Position numbers and translations under genes: made by a program. DNA of 64,000 nucleotides from a virus. Taxonomy: Duplodnaviria > Heunggongvirae > Uroviricota > Caudoviricetes. Below the pieces are notes generated by a model. It was not told where the DNA came from and did not search any database. It was given only the letters and a program-made list of their open reading frames with translations. Shown here piece after piece: positions 47,001-55,281 of the stretch. Positions within the stretch are counted from its first letter, which is position 1. Each line of letters opens with the position of its first letter. The stretch is from the IMG/VR virus record IMGVR_UViG_2645727901_000008. One strand, written 5' to 3'.

Positions 47001-50000
47001 GCCATCTTCTTCGGCCTCGTCTACATCATCTGCCACTTTACCGCCAGCTACTTTTGGCAGGGCATCAGCAATAGCTTTTACCTTGTCTGCAAGCTCAACG
47101 GGGAACTGGAATGTAATCGCACTGGCATACAGATCAGGATCTATAGCAACCTTATCCATGTCGCGGATGATGGAGAAGATGAAATCATCCGGTTTTTCGT
47201 TTGTGATATGCCCGTTTTCATCGACCGTCAGCGCATCTTTACTACTTAACTCCTGTGCACGCTTACGAAGTTCTTCGTAAATGGCCTCTTGCTCTCCTGT
47301 CATCGGGATCTGCAAGGTATTCTCGACAATATCAGGGATTTTTACCGTCGCCCCGACGTCCGCAGCAGTCTTCAGAGTAGTCCAGCGATGGAAAATACCA
47401 CGCAGACCATCCAGGTTCTGGAAGCCCACCAGTCCCTGCTTCTCTTCCACCTCACCGGAAATTTTCTGAACCTGAACTGTGGCTGTTTTACCGAACACGC
47501 GAACGAAATCATCCGGCGTAACAATACCCATGCGCATCCACTCTTCCTGCGGAATGACAGTAGACAGCATGTTGAAAGCATCAATCGGGCTGTTCACCAG
47601 CGGTGTTGCCGTCAGCATAACCACACCACGCCCGTTGTTGCGTTTCATCATGTACGCAGCTTTTACAGCCATGTCGCGGGCCATTTTGGATACTGCCGGG
47701 TTAGGCAAATATGCCAGTTGCCCCGCTTCGCGCCCGGCGCTAAAGGAGTTGCGGTAGTTATGCCCTTCGTCGGCAATTACGCTATCGAAGTTCATATCCT
47801 CAAAGTACGGGATATTCTGCTTCTTCGTTGTACCGGTATTTGCGGCCTGGTCCTTAATCTTGTTCTTCTTCTGCGCGTCACGGTGTTTGCCAGATGCCAG
47901 GTCAAGACGCCCCATTTCCACAGCATTAAAGACCGCTTGCTGTGAGTTTTCCTCAATGGTTTCTTCTCGTAGCGGGATAGACGCGAATTGCTCTTTTGTC
48001 ATGATGACCGTTCGCCAATTTGACGACGGGATCATGTTCATGCGCTGAACGATAACGGCGCTGGCGGACTCTTTCACAACATTTCTGGTAAGAGCCTGCC
48101 CGTTACTGTCGAGGCGTGGTTCGCCATTTTCATCAAGCACCGGCGCGGTCAGAATATTTCCGCTGTCATCACGAACTTCATCCAAACCGATAAACATCAT
48201 ATTGGCGAAGGCATCAGAACTGTAGAAACTCTGTGCCTCGTGATACCAGTTCTGATAAACCGCCTTCGGAACAACAATACACGTGCGTTTAGTGCGACCT
48301 GTTTCGAAGTTATACGCCTCAAGCGCAAGCGCGGTCGTGGTTTTACCCAGCCCGGTGCCAAATCCCATGATGCCGCGCCCATCTTCTGATAAGCGACGAA
48401 CTTCTTCATTCTGATAAGTCAGAGGAATGCGCTTCCCACTAATCCCCTCCAGGCCAAGCGGTGCGTCAGAATGCGTAAACGGGATGAAGCCATTAAATGC
48501 GTCGTTATAGTCGCGGGCTATCTGATCAGCCTGCGGGTGAGTGCGTAACCAGTCGTTGAAGCTAATTTCCAGTTGAGCAATCTTATCCAGGTACTCGTTA
48601 GCGTTCTGCCCACGCGGTTTAATGCCGTTCAGGTAGTTTTCTAACTGGTTCAGGAAGCCGTCTTTATTGTTGGCCTTCTTGAACTCATTCCCGTTTTTGC
48701 CGTTTACGGTTCGTAGTTGATAGCCAGTAAATACCCCGTCCTTACCTTCGTAATCGTCCGGAGATACCAGAATGCCGTCCTCAACCTTAAGGTCGGGTTC
48801 TGTATACTTAAACTCGTCATAGCCCTGCTCTGCCAGGAACTCTTTTATCAAGCGGCGATCCAGCCAGCGGGCGTTCAGATTAACGGTGACTTTATTTAGT
48901 GGCGTGAAAATGCGTTTCTCTTCGATTTTCGCCAACTGACGCTCAAAGTTCGCTTTCTGCTCACCTGTTGACGCATCACGCCAGCCCACCAGCAATGCTG
49001 TTTTGGTTGCAATATCGCCGCTGGTGGCGCGGTCCATCGGCAGCAGGCAGCCATACCCATCAATAGCGATATCATCAAATTTCGCCAGGTATTCCAGAGC
49101 AGCATCGTCGTCTCCTGGCAGTTCGCCAGCAAACGCCTCACGAAAATCGTCCAGTGTGATTGGATTAAGTGCCACGTCACTGAAAAGGTGGGTTACAACT
49201 TGTTCCGGGCGTGTAAAGTCAATACCGGCAGCACCATCCGTTACATCAAGTCGTCCAGCAAGGAGGTCAGAAGCAGAGCCGTCCTGTTTCACGTTGCCAG
49301 TGAAAGTCATCCAGTTTTTAGCGCCAGCTTCAGCAATCCCATTCAGCTTAATCGCGTGCGGCGGACCATACTTCGCAATTTCGGCTTCCGCCAGGCGCGC
49401 GGCATCAGCAAGTACATCATCAACATTTTCCCCCAGATTACGCTTATCAAGCGCCTTGTTGATCAACTGCCCTATCAGTGCGCCGCGCATAACGCGTTCT
49501 CTGTCTTTTTCTCTCTGCTTGCCAGCAAAGCGAATCATTGCCGCTACTTCATCACTGATAACCGATGGATAGTCGGACGCGATCGCCGATATCTGGTCCC
49601 ATGACAACGCCAGAATGCCATTTGTTGACTGAAACGCGATCTGCAGATCACCAAACGTCGTAACACCATATCGATTTACATCAAGCGCGGAGGATTTGGT
49701 TGTCGCGTCCTTGACCCATTTCAGACCATCAAACTCATGCCAGATGCCGCCTACAAGGCGTTTATCGCCCACTTTCGCGCCCTGCCATGCCTGAGTAGTT
49801 ACGCCAAGCAAATCCCAATTAATGCGGCTTTCAAAGCGGCGCGATAGAGCGGTTTTCATCGACTCATTGGATACACGACCGTCCTTTTTCACCACCAGGG
49901 TATTGCGGAAGCTGGTACGCTCCATATCGCCGTAAACAAATCGCTTCCCTTCGGTTGTAAACCATTTTCCTTTGAGGAAGGTATCCCAAAGGACGTTTGC

Positions 50001-50894
50001 CGATTTGAGCGTTGCATCATCCGTGTCGGGGATCATCTCCAGGAAGGTTTCCGGGTGTTTACGCAATACCCATACGTCCACCACGGTATCTGTACCGGAT
50101 TCGCTGAACGTACCAGAAGGCATACGATGTGCGCCCAAAAATTCCGCTTTACGGCTGACTTTATCGCGCAATTTTTTGTATTTCGTACCATCGGTCATGC
50201 CATTCGGCACCACCAATACAATTAGTCCACCAGGTTTAACCTTGTCGATCGTGCGCAACACAAAGTAATTGCCAACGTTCTTCTCGTTTGCATATGCCGG
50301 ATCAAGCCCGGCAACGCCGGAACGCCCTTCACCAAACGGTACGTTACCAACAGCGTGGTCATACATTGCGTCTTTCGCCGCCAGCGCCTCAAACGCCCCG
50401 ATATTCACATCGTCTTCCGGGTGCAAAAGCTGGTTTATTCGACCGGAAATCGGAGACAGTTCGGCGCTGGTCATTATCATGCCCTGCCGTTTTGTCTCCT
50501 GGAAAATACCTGTGCCCGCTGATGGTTCCAGTACGTGCCCACCATCAATACCGTAGTCAGCAAACAGATCCCATATACCTTCAGCCATAAACTGTGGCGT
50601 GTAGTATTCGTATTGGCTGCCCTCACCATCTGTCAGGCCGCCTTCACCGGTATACCCGGCAAGAATCTGACGTTGTTCGTCAGTTAATTTCGCCCCATCG
50701 AAGCCGGGCGGAAGGGAATTAAGAAGATTTACTGCGGCATTGTTTGCTGCCCGGCGTGTTTTCTGAATACTGACGCCATCGGCTTTCCTGACGCCAAAGG
50801 TCGCAACAGCACGTAATTTATGCAACCGACTAACAATTTCAATCAGTTCGCCTAAGCTGGAGGCTTCACTGATTGAATGAAGTAGTTTGTCCAA
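44055..50894 (-). CDS. darB: DarB-like giant antirestriction protein (N6-adenine methyltransferase plus SF2 helicase), TTG start
   Basis: 2279 aa; MTase motifs EPSAGTGIF and GNVPFGEG; helicase motifs GFGTGLGKTTTAL, DEGHNYRN, LTATPLVNS; size matches P1 DarB. Confidence 0.8.
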   Translation of the reverse strand: MDKLLHSISEASSLGELIEIVSRLHKLRAVATFGVRKADGVSIQKTRRAANNAAVNLLNSLPPGFDGAKLTDEQRQILAGYTGEGGLTDGEGSQYEYYTPQFMAEGIWDLFADYGIDGGHVLEPSAGTGIFQETKRQGMIMTSAELSPISGRINQLLHPEDDVNIGAFEALAAKDAMYDHAVGNVPFGEGRSGVAGLDPAYANEKNVGNYFVLRTIDKVKPGGLIVLVVPNGMTDGTKYKKLRDKVSRKAEFLGAHRMPSGTFSESGTDTVVDVWVLRKHPETFLEMIPDTDDATLKSANVLWDTFLKGKWFTTEGKRFVYGDMERTSFRNTLVVKKDGRVSNESMKTALSRRFESRINWDLLGVTTQAWQGAKVGDKRLVGGIWHEFDGLKWVKDATTKSSALDVNRYGVTTFGDLQIAFQSTNGILALSWDQISAIASDYPSVISDEVAAMIRFAGKQREKDRERVMRGALIGQLINKALDKRNLGENVDDVLADAARLAEAEIAKYGPPHAIKLNGIAEAGAKNWMTFTGNVKQDGSASDLLAGRLDVTDGAAGIDFTRPEQVVTHLFSDVALNPITLDDFREAFAGELPGDDDAALEYLAKFDDIAIDGYGCLLPMDRATSGDIATKTALLVGWRDASTGEQKANFERQLAKIEEKRIFTPLNKVTVNLNARWLDRRLIKEFLAEQGYDEFKYTEPDLKVEDGILVSPDDYEGKDGVFTGYQLRTVNGKNGNEFKKANNKDGFLNQLENYLNGIKPRGQNANEYLDKIAQLEISFNDWLRTHPQADQIARDYNDAFNGFIPFTHSDAPLGLEGISGKRIPLTYQNEEVRRLSEDGRGIMGFGTGLGKTTTALALEAYNFETGRTKRTCIVVPKAVYQNWYHEAQSFYSSDAFANMMFIGLDEVRDDSGNILTAPVLDENGEPRLDSNGQALTRNVVKESASAVIVQRMNMIPSSNWRTVIMTKEQFASIPLREETIEENSQQAVFNAVEMGRLDLASGKHRDAQKKNKIKDQAANTGTTKKQNIPYFEDMNFDSVIADEGHNYRNSFSAGREAGQLAYLPNPAVSKMARDMAVKAAYMMKRNNGRGVVMLTATPLVNSPIDAFNMLSTVIPQEEWMRMGIVTPDDFVRVFGKTATVQVQKISGEVEEKQGLVGFQNLDGLRGIFHRWTTLKTAADVGATVKIPDIVENTLQIPMTGEQEAIYEELRKRAQELSSKDALTVDENGHITNEKPDDFIFSIIRDMDKVAIDPDLYASAITFQFPVELADKVKAIADALPKVAGGKVADDVDEAEEDGAGGLVSTRASKVVKTTFSEHPSHVEIRAGIELEAEILKAIAAAGIDMQQVSHPIPPKYAALIENLREGLKNGKQIVFIDEKAQHQKLRRIIASALQMPEQEIGIINATTVSQAGGVKLKKVNKPTEPTPNKNGEYKEGAWETYYSKLAQYEDYLSAKNDAGLEGMEGIAADYNEGRTRIIICNKKAEVGINLHIGTTDIHHLTLPWTPASIDQRNGRGARVGSPQEKVNVHYYCGKGTFDDFRLDTLKRKKDWINMVMTSDMSEIANGDADDADERAIMLAANPEERRAIMSRQAQEREERLKLKALREANNALDNYLKAANAAGKDIGMMETELKSAMEQVEHYQRNLDDLIKAGTNRNGQKYVLEQLRDYRKRVRELRFAITRAKDADTVMKRSRGDLERAIKAGVLELDADVLQNPQEYVRTEKNILLHKGSHYRAIIDENHNTTAIVRVTAIDAERGGCTCRISWLDVASRYSRSPGTALFLPFNLIIESVTFEEGVAESRETAARGVQCHQLSTTLTRDQFYDAIRNGVMNVTAGKPSRVWGGGSAIKYWAYRTDDGQIALSSAYDGVIGQKIGRASDIAPERWIYPDGNDEALKREVAKIQASDNPLNVVDGEGFLQALYGYDYIQGMQAWGSQATMDDVSQEFENWMAGRGLSGRSLNKVTSEDILSLFRKPSGEGLESFWKTVVAYRLFQGRMKAFSNTDDIERMFNQVKAAKITAKIEKTRAALVAWRDALFEQYKSLSDADGWSALEQLANNGVDGAKLAIVQADNPLDSPAAQWIKVGAVINAFDEKHISKDDFADAVSVNRLVEMATRRARELKDGDYVNELPDALKSATWQDYVSLKNGGATESEIAERLEQAESKREEQAAVAEARADEAANDDYIIVVNDKPIRAKARVRGRWWSVSEDVGAVYLIADQPGSSTIRNAKDAIKKIGGRFWNFEANPVADVNFDRPAWMVSTRYSVDELRKIIADAA

Positions 50895-51045
50895 AGGATT
50901 TCCCCCTCTAAACCGTAAAAAATTCCGCTATGCGGTACGGTTGAGAGGGTATGGAGAATGTTATTTTCAGGGGGACGATACTACCGTCAAAATCACATAC
51001 TCCCCATAGTTTGCCTACTTATTAACCCATGACCGGGAGAAAAAT

Positions 51046-51531
51046 ATGGCAAACATTGAACCTCGCTGGCTAATTGAAGCCCGTAAGCACATTGGCCTGA
51101 CTGAAATAAAAGGCGCTAAACACAACCCTGAAATCGTTCAGTTCTGGCGCGACATCAAGCGCGGCGGAATTAAAGACGATGAAACGCCGTGGTGCGCAGC
51201 ATTTGTCGGTGCAATGCTGGAACGTGTAGGCATCCGCTCAACAAGATTTGAGTCGGCAAAATCCTATCTGGATTGGGGCGAGAAATTAGATACACCGGCA
51301 TACGGATGTATCGTTGTATTTACCCGCGTAGGCGGTGGGCACGTAGGCTTCGTTGTCGGACGCCGTGCCAATGGCGATCTGCTTGTCCTGGGTGGGAACC
51401 AGGGGGATGCTGTTAATATTCGCGCATTCCCAACATCAAGAGTGTCTGGCTATCGCTGGCCTGCTGGCGAACCACGCAATACCGCTCTGTTACCAGTCGG
51501 AGACGCAGCAACCTCAACTAATGAGGCATGA
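51046..51531 (+). CDS. Putative peptidoglycan hydrolase-like protein (TIGR02594-like)
   Basis: PWCAAFVG...GGGHVGFVVG pattern; weak family assignment from memory. Confidence 0.4.
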   Translation: MANIEPRWLIEARKHIGLTEIKGAKHNPEIVQFWRDIKRGGIKDDETPWCAAFVGAMLERVGIRSTRFESAKSYLDWGEKLDTPAYGCIVVFTRVGGGHVGFVVGRRANGDLLVLGGNQGDAVNIRAFPTSRVSGYRWPAGEPRNTALLPVGDAATSTNEA

Positions 51532-51555
51532 AAAAAGCCCCGGCCAGGCCGGGGC
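51531..51555 (-). terminator. Rho-independent terminator (GCCCCGG-CCAG-CCGGGGC plus T6 on minus strand)
   Basis: Hairpin and A6/T6 tract read from sequence. Confidence 0.55.
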
Positions 51556-51563
51556 ATCACGCT

Positions 51564-51764
51564 TCAATTCACGATCCAATCATTACCGACTATATCAGCC
51601 GTCGATAAATCAACTTCCCGGATCTGGAGTCCATTAATACAAAACCATCCGGTAGTAGAGTAATTATCAGGCCAGGCCCATACACCAACACTCCATGCTT
51701 TACGGCGGCACACTTCAGCCTGTCCTTCCCTGATTTTTTTTACCGCCTGCATGATGTCCATCAC
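51564..51764 (-). CDS. DUF2829-like small protein (66 aa), separate-ORF counterpart of the C-terminus of ORF 13615-14541
   Basis: AVKKIREGQAEVCRRKAW...ADIVGNDWIV; GTGATG start overlaps upstream stop. Confidence 0.45.
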   Translation of the reverse strand: MMDIMQAVKKIREGQAEVCRRKAWSVGVWAWPDNYSTTGWFCINGLQIREVDLSTADIVGNDWIVN

Positions 51765-52468
51765 TCACCTCCCCAACCGATCACCTGGAATTGCCCCATT
51801 TTGGGGTGATACCAGCGTTTTCCTCGGTGTTCAGCCTCCGACATCATCCGGTTAAAAGCATTCATGAAGGGAGATAAGGCCACGATGGAACGACGCGACA
51901 ATACCCCCTCTGGAGTTAAAAACTCATGTGTATCGGTGGGGATCCGGTAAGCGTTAACCAGGTTGCGACATTTGGCTTCGGTCAGGCCGCATTTTGCCGC
52001 CAGCTGGCGGTAGCCAATGTAACCTTCCGGCATGTTGCCCTTCTTGATTTGCTCGACGGTTTCTACCACCTGGCTAACCTTTGACTCAACAACATGAAGC
52101 CGCTTTTGCTGCTGAACTGCATTTGCAGCCATTGCGGCGATCATCTCTATTTCGGTCAACGGCTGGCGTGCTTGTTCTTCCAGTTCGCGCCAGCGGTCCA
52201 CCAGCCGGGCGGTGAATTCGGGAGAGAGCTGCGCGACGACGATAATGCTATCGCGCTTGCCTTGCTCGCCTTCGAAGACGTAAGCCTCAACACTACGTCG
52301 TAGTCCTAAGTTATTGATTTTTTCGAAAACCTCAATTTGAGGACGAACAATAACGCCACCTTTGTCTAATGTCTCAATAGTGCGTTTCACATTGTCATGA
52401 CGTTTTCCCACCAGCTCCGCGATCTCAATGCTGGTCATTGATGGCTTTTCGAGAATGCAGATATCCAT
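51761..52468 (-). CDS. Rha-family regulator / antirepressor-like protein (split form)
   Basis: MTSIEIAELVGKRHDNVKRTIE N-terminus; two DNA stretches nearly identical to copy 1. Confidence 0.65.
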   Translation of the reverse strand: MDICILEKPSMTSIEIAELVGKRHDNVKRTIETLDKGGVIVRPQIEVFEKINNLGLRRSVEAYVFEGEQGKRDSIIVVAQLSPEFTARLVDRWRELEEQARQPLTEIEMIAAMAANAVQQQKRLHVVESKVSQVVETVEQIKKGNMPEGYIGYRQLAAKCGLTEAKCRNLVNAYRIPTDTHEFLTPEGVLSRRSIVALSPFMNAFNRMMSEAEHRGKRWYHPKMGQFQVIGWGGE

Positions 52469-52692
52469 CAGTGAGCCTCCGCAATGCCGGGATTGGTAAT
52501 ATTGCGATACCAGGGATTGGTGTTTGGTTGTGGGGAAGTGGAGAAACGACCAGTGAGAACGCCATACTGATCAGGGATCAGAGAACGGGCTTCTTTTTCA
52601 GTTGCGGCAATTGCGAAGTGATCGCAGTGTTTTTGCAGGGAGTGAAAACGCCAGATGAATTCTGGACGTGAGCAAGGATTGGCATTAACCAT
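52468..52692 (-). CDS. Icd-like small protein (paralog of 14541-14756)
   Basis: Shares PEFIWRF...AIAATE...AH with the paralog. Confidence 0.4.
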   Translation of the reverse strand: MVNANPCSRPEFIWRFHSLQKHCDHFAIAATEKEARSLIPDQYGVLTGRFSTSPQPNTNPWYRNITNPGIAEAH

Positions 52693-53022
52693 AGTTACGG
52701 CCTCACTAACAGGTTTAACAACCTGCTACCCGCTGCTAAACAGGTGGCAGGACGTGACGGGGTTAGCAGACTGGCGTTAGTGAAACCAGCAGGCCGAAGC
52801 CTCCCCATCACGCCCCACCATAATTTGGGCGTAACGCGGTTTTACGGACACAAAAATACCGCAATATCGGATATCTGCGGTTGTCCGCACTAACATTCAG
52901 GCTGCTAAACCCGGTCGCAGAATTTGCTACGACGACATGAATATAAGCCTGAAAACATGGAAGATCAACTAAAAATTTCAGCAATAGATGACTTCAGTCG
53001 ATGATGCAGATCATACATTCCG

Positions 53023-53052
53023 ATTTAGAAACGGCAAATTAATTTTCTAACA
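53023..53052. promoter_or_regulatory. Palindromic site ATTTAGA-N16-TCTAACA about 330 bp upstream of the second icd/ant-like module
   Basis: Read from sequence; imperfect left half. Confidence 0.45.
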
Positions 53053-53106
53053 CAAAATGTCGAGCGAGCATTTTCCGATCATTGGGATGTTTTGTAGACG
53101 CACAGG

Positions 53107-54069
53107 TCACCCCCTAAAGCCAGCCGGGATTGACCAATCCTCACGGTCAAATTCAGACCGATAGCCACGCTGTTTCATCAGGTCAAAGGCTTCACCAATG
53201 GTTGCACACCCCTGGGAGCCAGAATAATCCATTGAGAAATCCAGGGCACTGGATTGTTTAGGCTTATTCACTGCGGTAGCGGCACTACGTATCCATGCAA
53301 ATTTTTTTGCCAGCTTTTCAGCGGTACGATACAGAGCCTGCCGTTTTGTGTGCCCCTCGTCTGAACGACGCTTTGCAGCTCTCGCTTTTGCCGCCGCCAG
53401 GCAGTGGTTGGTCTGTTCTTCCCTGATTACTGTTTTTTTATCCAGCACCCCGTTATCCGTTTGAGAACTATCTGCTGGTGAAGCCTTTGGCTGAACCGCG
53501 CATGATCTTTCTCTTCTTTTGGCTATAGAGTGACTCTTATTTTCTATTGGCTGTTCATTTTGAACATGGGGGGACTTGTTCAATTTGAACAGGGGGTTCC
53601 CAGTTTCAAAAAAATAACGAACCTTTGAAATCAACTGCTTAACCAGTTTTGTGGCGTTGGCAAATTTGATGCCCTGCTTACCCCCTATCTCCATTGCTAC
53701 ATGAATGAAGTGGAGAAATTGTGTCGTAAACCGATATACGTTACACACCTGGGCATTGTTATTCGCTACCTGATGTTGCTTAACAAGCATTCCGCACTTC
53801 GTCGCTTCAGCAAATGCCCGGCGTACAGTAGAAATACTGCGTCCTGTAATCTCGGACATATCAGCATATGAGCGACGGATCATGTATTCATCGGTAGACC
53901 CTGCCAGGTTGGCGAACTCGGCAATAATGGCGCTATGTGAAGGGGAAAGAAGACCGCTATGACGAGCAAAAAAACTCAACTGATGACCTTTGATTTTTTT
54001 GTGGTATTCAGTGTTGTTTTTATACTCAGAAGTGTTGAAAGTTACTGAAACTGAATTTAAAATATTCAT
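53107..54069 (-). CDS. RepL-like HTH protein (possible lytic replication initiator)
   Basis: HTH-like SYADMSEITGRSISTVRRAFAEATKCGML; TGTTAGAAATTT motif upstream. Confidence 0.4.
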   Translation of the reverse strand: MNILNSVSVTFNTSEYKNNTEYHKKIKGHQLSFFARHSGLLSPSHSAIIAEFANLAGSTDEYMIRRSYADMSEITGRSISTVRRAFAEATKCGMLVKQHQVANNNAQVCNVYRFTTQFLHFIHVAMEIGGKQGIKFANATKLVKQLISKVRYFFETGNPLFKLNKSPHVQNEQPIENKSHSIAKRRERSCAVQPKASPADSSQTDNGVLDKKTVIREEQTNHCLAAAKARAAKRRSDEGHTKRQALYRTAEKLAKKFAWIRSAATAVNKPKQSSALDFSMDYSGSQGCATIGEAFDLMKQRGYRSEFDREDWSIPAGFRG

Positions 54070-54130
54070 CAGATAGTTCCGTGCAAAAATCTATCTACCG
54101 TATAAATCTATGCCAGTGGATTTATACACC

Positions 54131-54165
54131 AAAAAGCCGCTTCTCAGCGGCTTTTGCTTTTTTTG
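54131..54165. terminator. Bidirectional rho-independent terminator (AGCCGC-TTCTCA-GCGGCT flanked by A5 and T-rich tract)
   Basis: Read from sequence. Confidence 0.6.
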
Positions 54166-54269
54166 GCAGTCGCTACCGGAGCAGTGACCGCGATCCTACT
54201 CAATCACATCGGACAGGATCAACAGTGTATATAAATACACTATGTTAGAAATTTAATTTCATGCAGCGG

Positions 54270-55268
54270 TTATCCCCGTCGCGAAACGAAGAGTAATGGG
54301 GTAGTATTTTTGCTCTCCTTCGGCGATAACTCCGGCTCTTTCTTGCCTGATATCGGCAAGCCATAAGTCGCATTTGCCCCCAGAGATTCAAGCATCGCAG
54401 CCACTATGCGAGCATCATCTTCAGACTGCATACGGCAGAGCGCCCGACGCTGTTCTGCGCTGATAAAAACAGGCAGCTCCTGGATAGCATCACGCAAAAT
54501 CCTACGGCATTTCTTCGCATCTTCGCCCTGGCTTTCCATCATTGCGGCCTGGTTGCGTAATTCGTCGCGAAGTTGCATATTTTCCACTTCAAGGAGCATC
54601 AATTCTGACTCAAGGGCTTCACGCTGTGCTGACTCGAAAATAGCCTGCTGATTCTTCATTGCTGAAAAGTGGTGAACAAGATCCGTAGCCGCGTTATCGG
54701 TAAAACCTTGTTCGATAAGTGCCGCATGAATAGCCGCGTCGCGCTCTTCTGCTGATTCCAGCATCAGACTTTTCTTGTCGAGGCTGATATAGTTAGGCAC
54801 AGTTACGTAATCAAAGCCGTGGAAAGACTTTACCAGGGATACCGATGAATCTGGACCAGATGTAGCCCACGACCAACCACCAGCACCAGAGTTAATCATG
54901 CCCTGAACAATACGCCCGGTGTCTGTATCCAGTATTTCCTGCGTATGAGTAACAATGCCGTTGTCGTCAATCGAAATGTCGATAGTCCTGTTTGACGGCA
55001 CGTTCTCCAATACAACAGGCTTCCCATCTACCATCACAACAGAGACTTCCGGCAAGTTCAGGCTTTTCGTTTTGTTATAGTGCATCGCCCGGCGACCATG
55101 ACCGTAATAACCATACATCTCACCCAGCGCGATACGCTCTTTTGTTTCTGGCGAGTTGAATGTGTCTCGTACCGACTGAATGACGTAATTTCGGTTGTTC
55201 TGCGGTGTGTGTTTGCGGATTTTCTCTACCAGGGAGAAGCGATCCGTAACAGTATTCAGTGATTGCAT
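54270..55268 (-). CDS. Head maturation protease/scaffold-like protein (P1 Pro-like, assigned by position after portal)
   Basis: Immediately downstream of the portal-like gene; C-terminal coiled coil. Confidence 0.4.
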   Translation of the reverse strand: MQSLNTVTDRFSLVEKIRKHTPQNNRNYVIQSVRDTFNSPETKERIALGEMYGYYGHGRRAMHYNKTKSLNLPEVSVVMVDGKPVVLENVPSNRTIDISIDDNGIVTHTQEILDTDTGRIVQGMINSGAGGWSWATSGPDSSVSLVKSFHGFDYVTVPNYISLDKKSLMLESAEERDAAIHAALIEQGFTDNAATDLVHHFSAMKNQQAIFESAQREALESELMLLEVENMQLRDELRNQAAMMESQGEDAKKCRRILRDAIQELPVFISAEQRRALCRMQSEDDARIVAAMLESLGANATYGLPISGKKEPELSPKESKNTTPLLFVSRRG

Positions 55269-55281
55269 TATTTCCCTCCGG

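Noticed and set aside
46594-47280. 228-aa plus-strand ORF and several other ORFs antisense within the DarB-like gene
   Set aside because: They lie entirely inside a 2279-aa ORF with strong MTase and helicase motifs on the other strand, and their translations are low-complexity (Ser/Ala/Cys-rich), typical of antisense artefacts.
54270-55268. Assigning the 332-aa protein as KilA (upstream of the RepL-like gene)
   Set aside because: No KilA-N signature recognised, and it directly follows the portal-like gene with a terminator before the RepL-like gene, so a head protease/scaffold role is more consistent, though still low-confidence.
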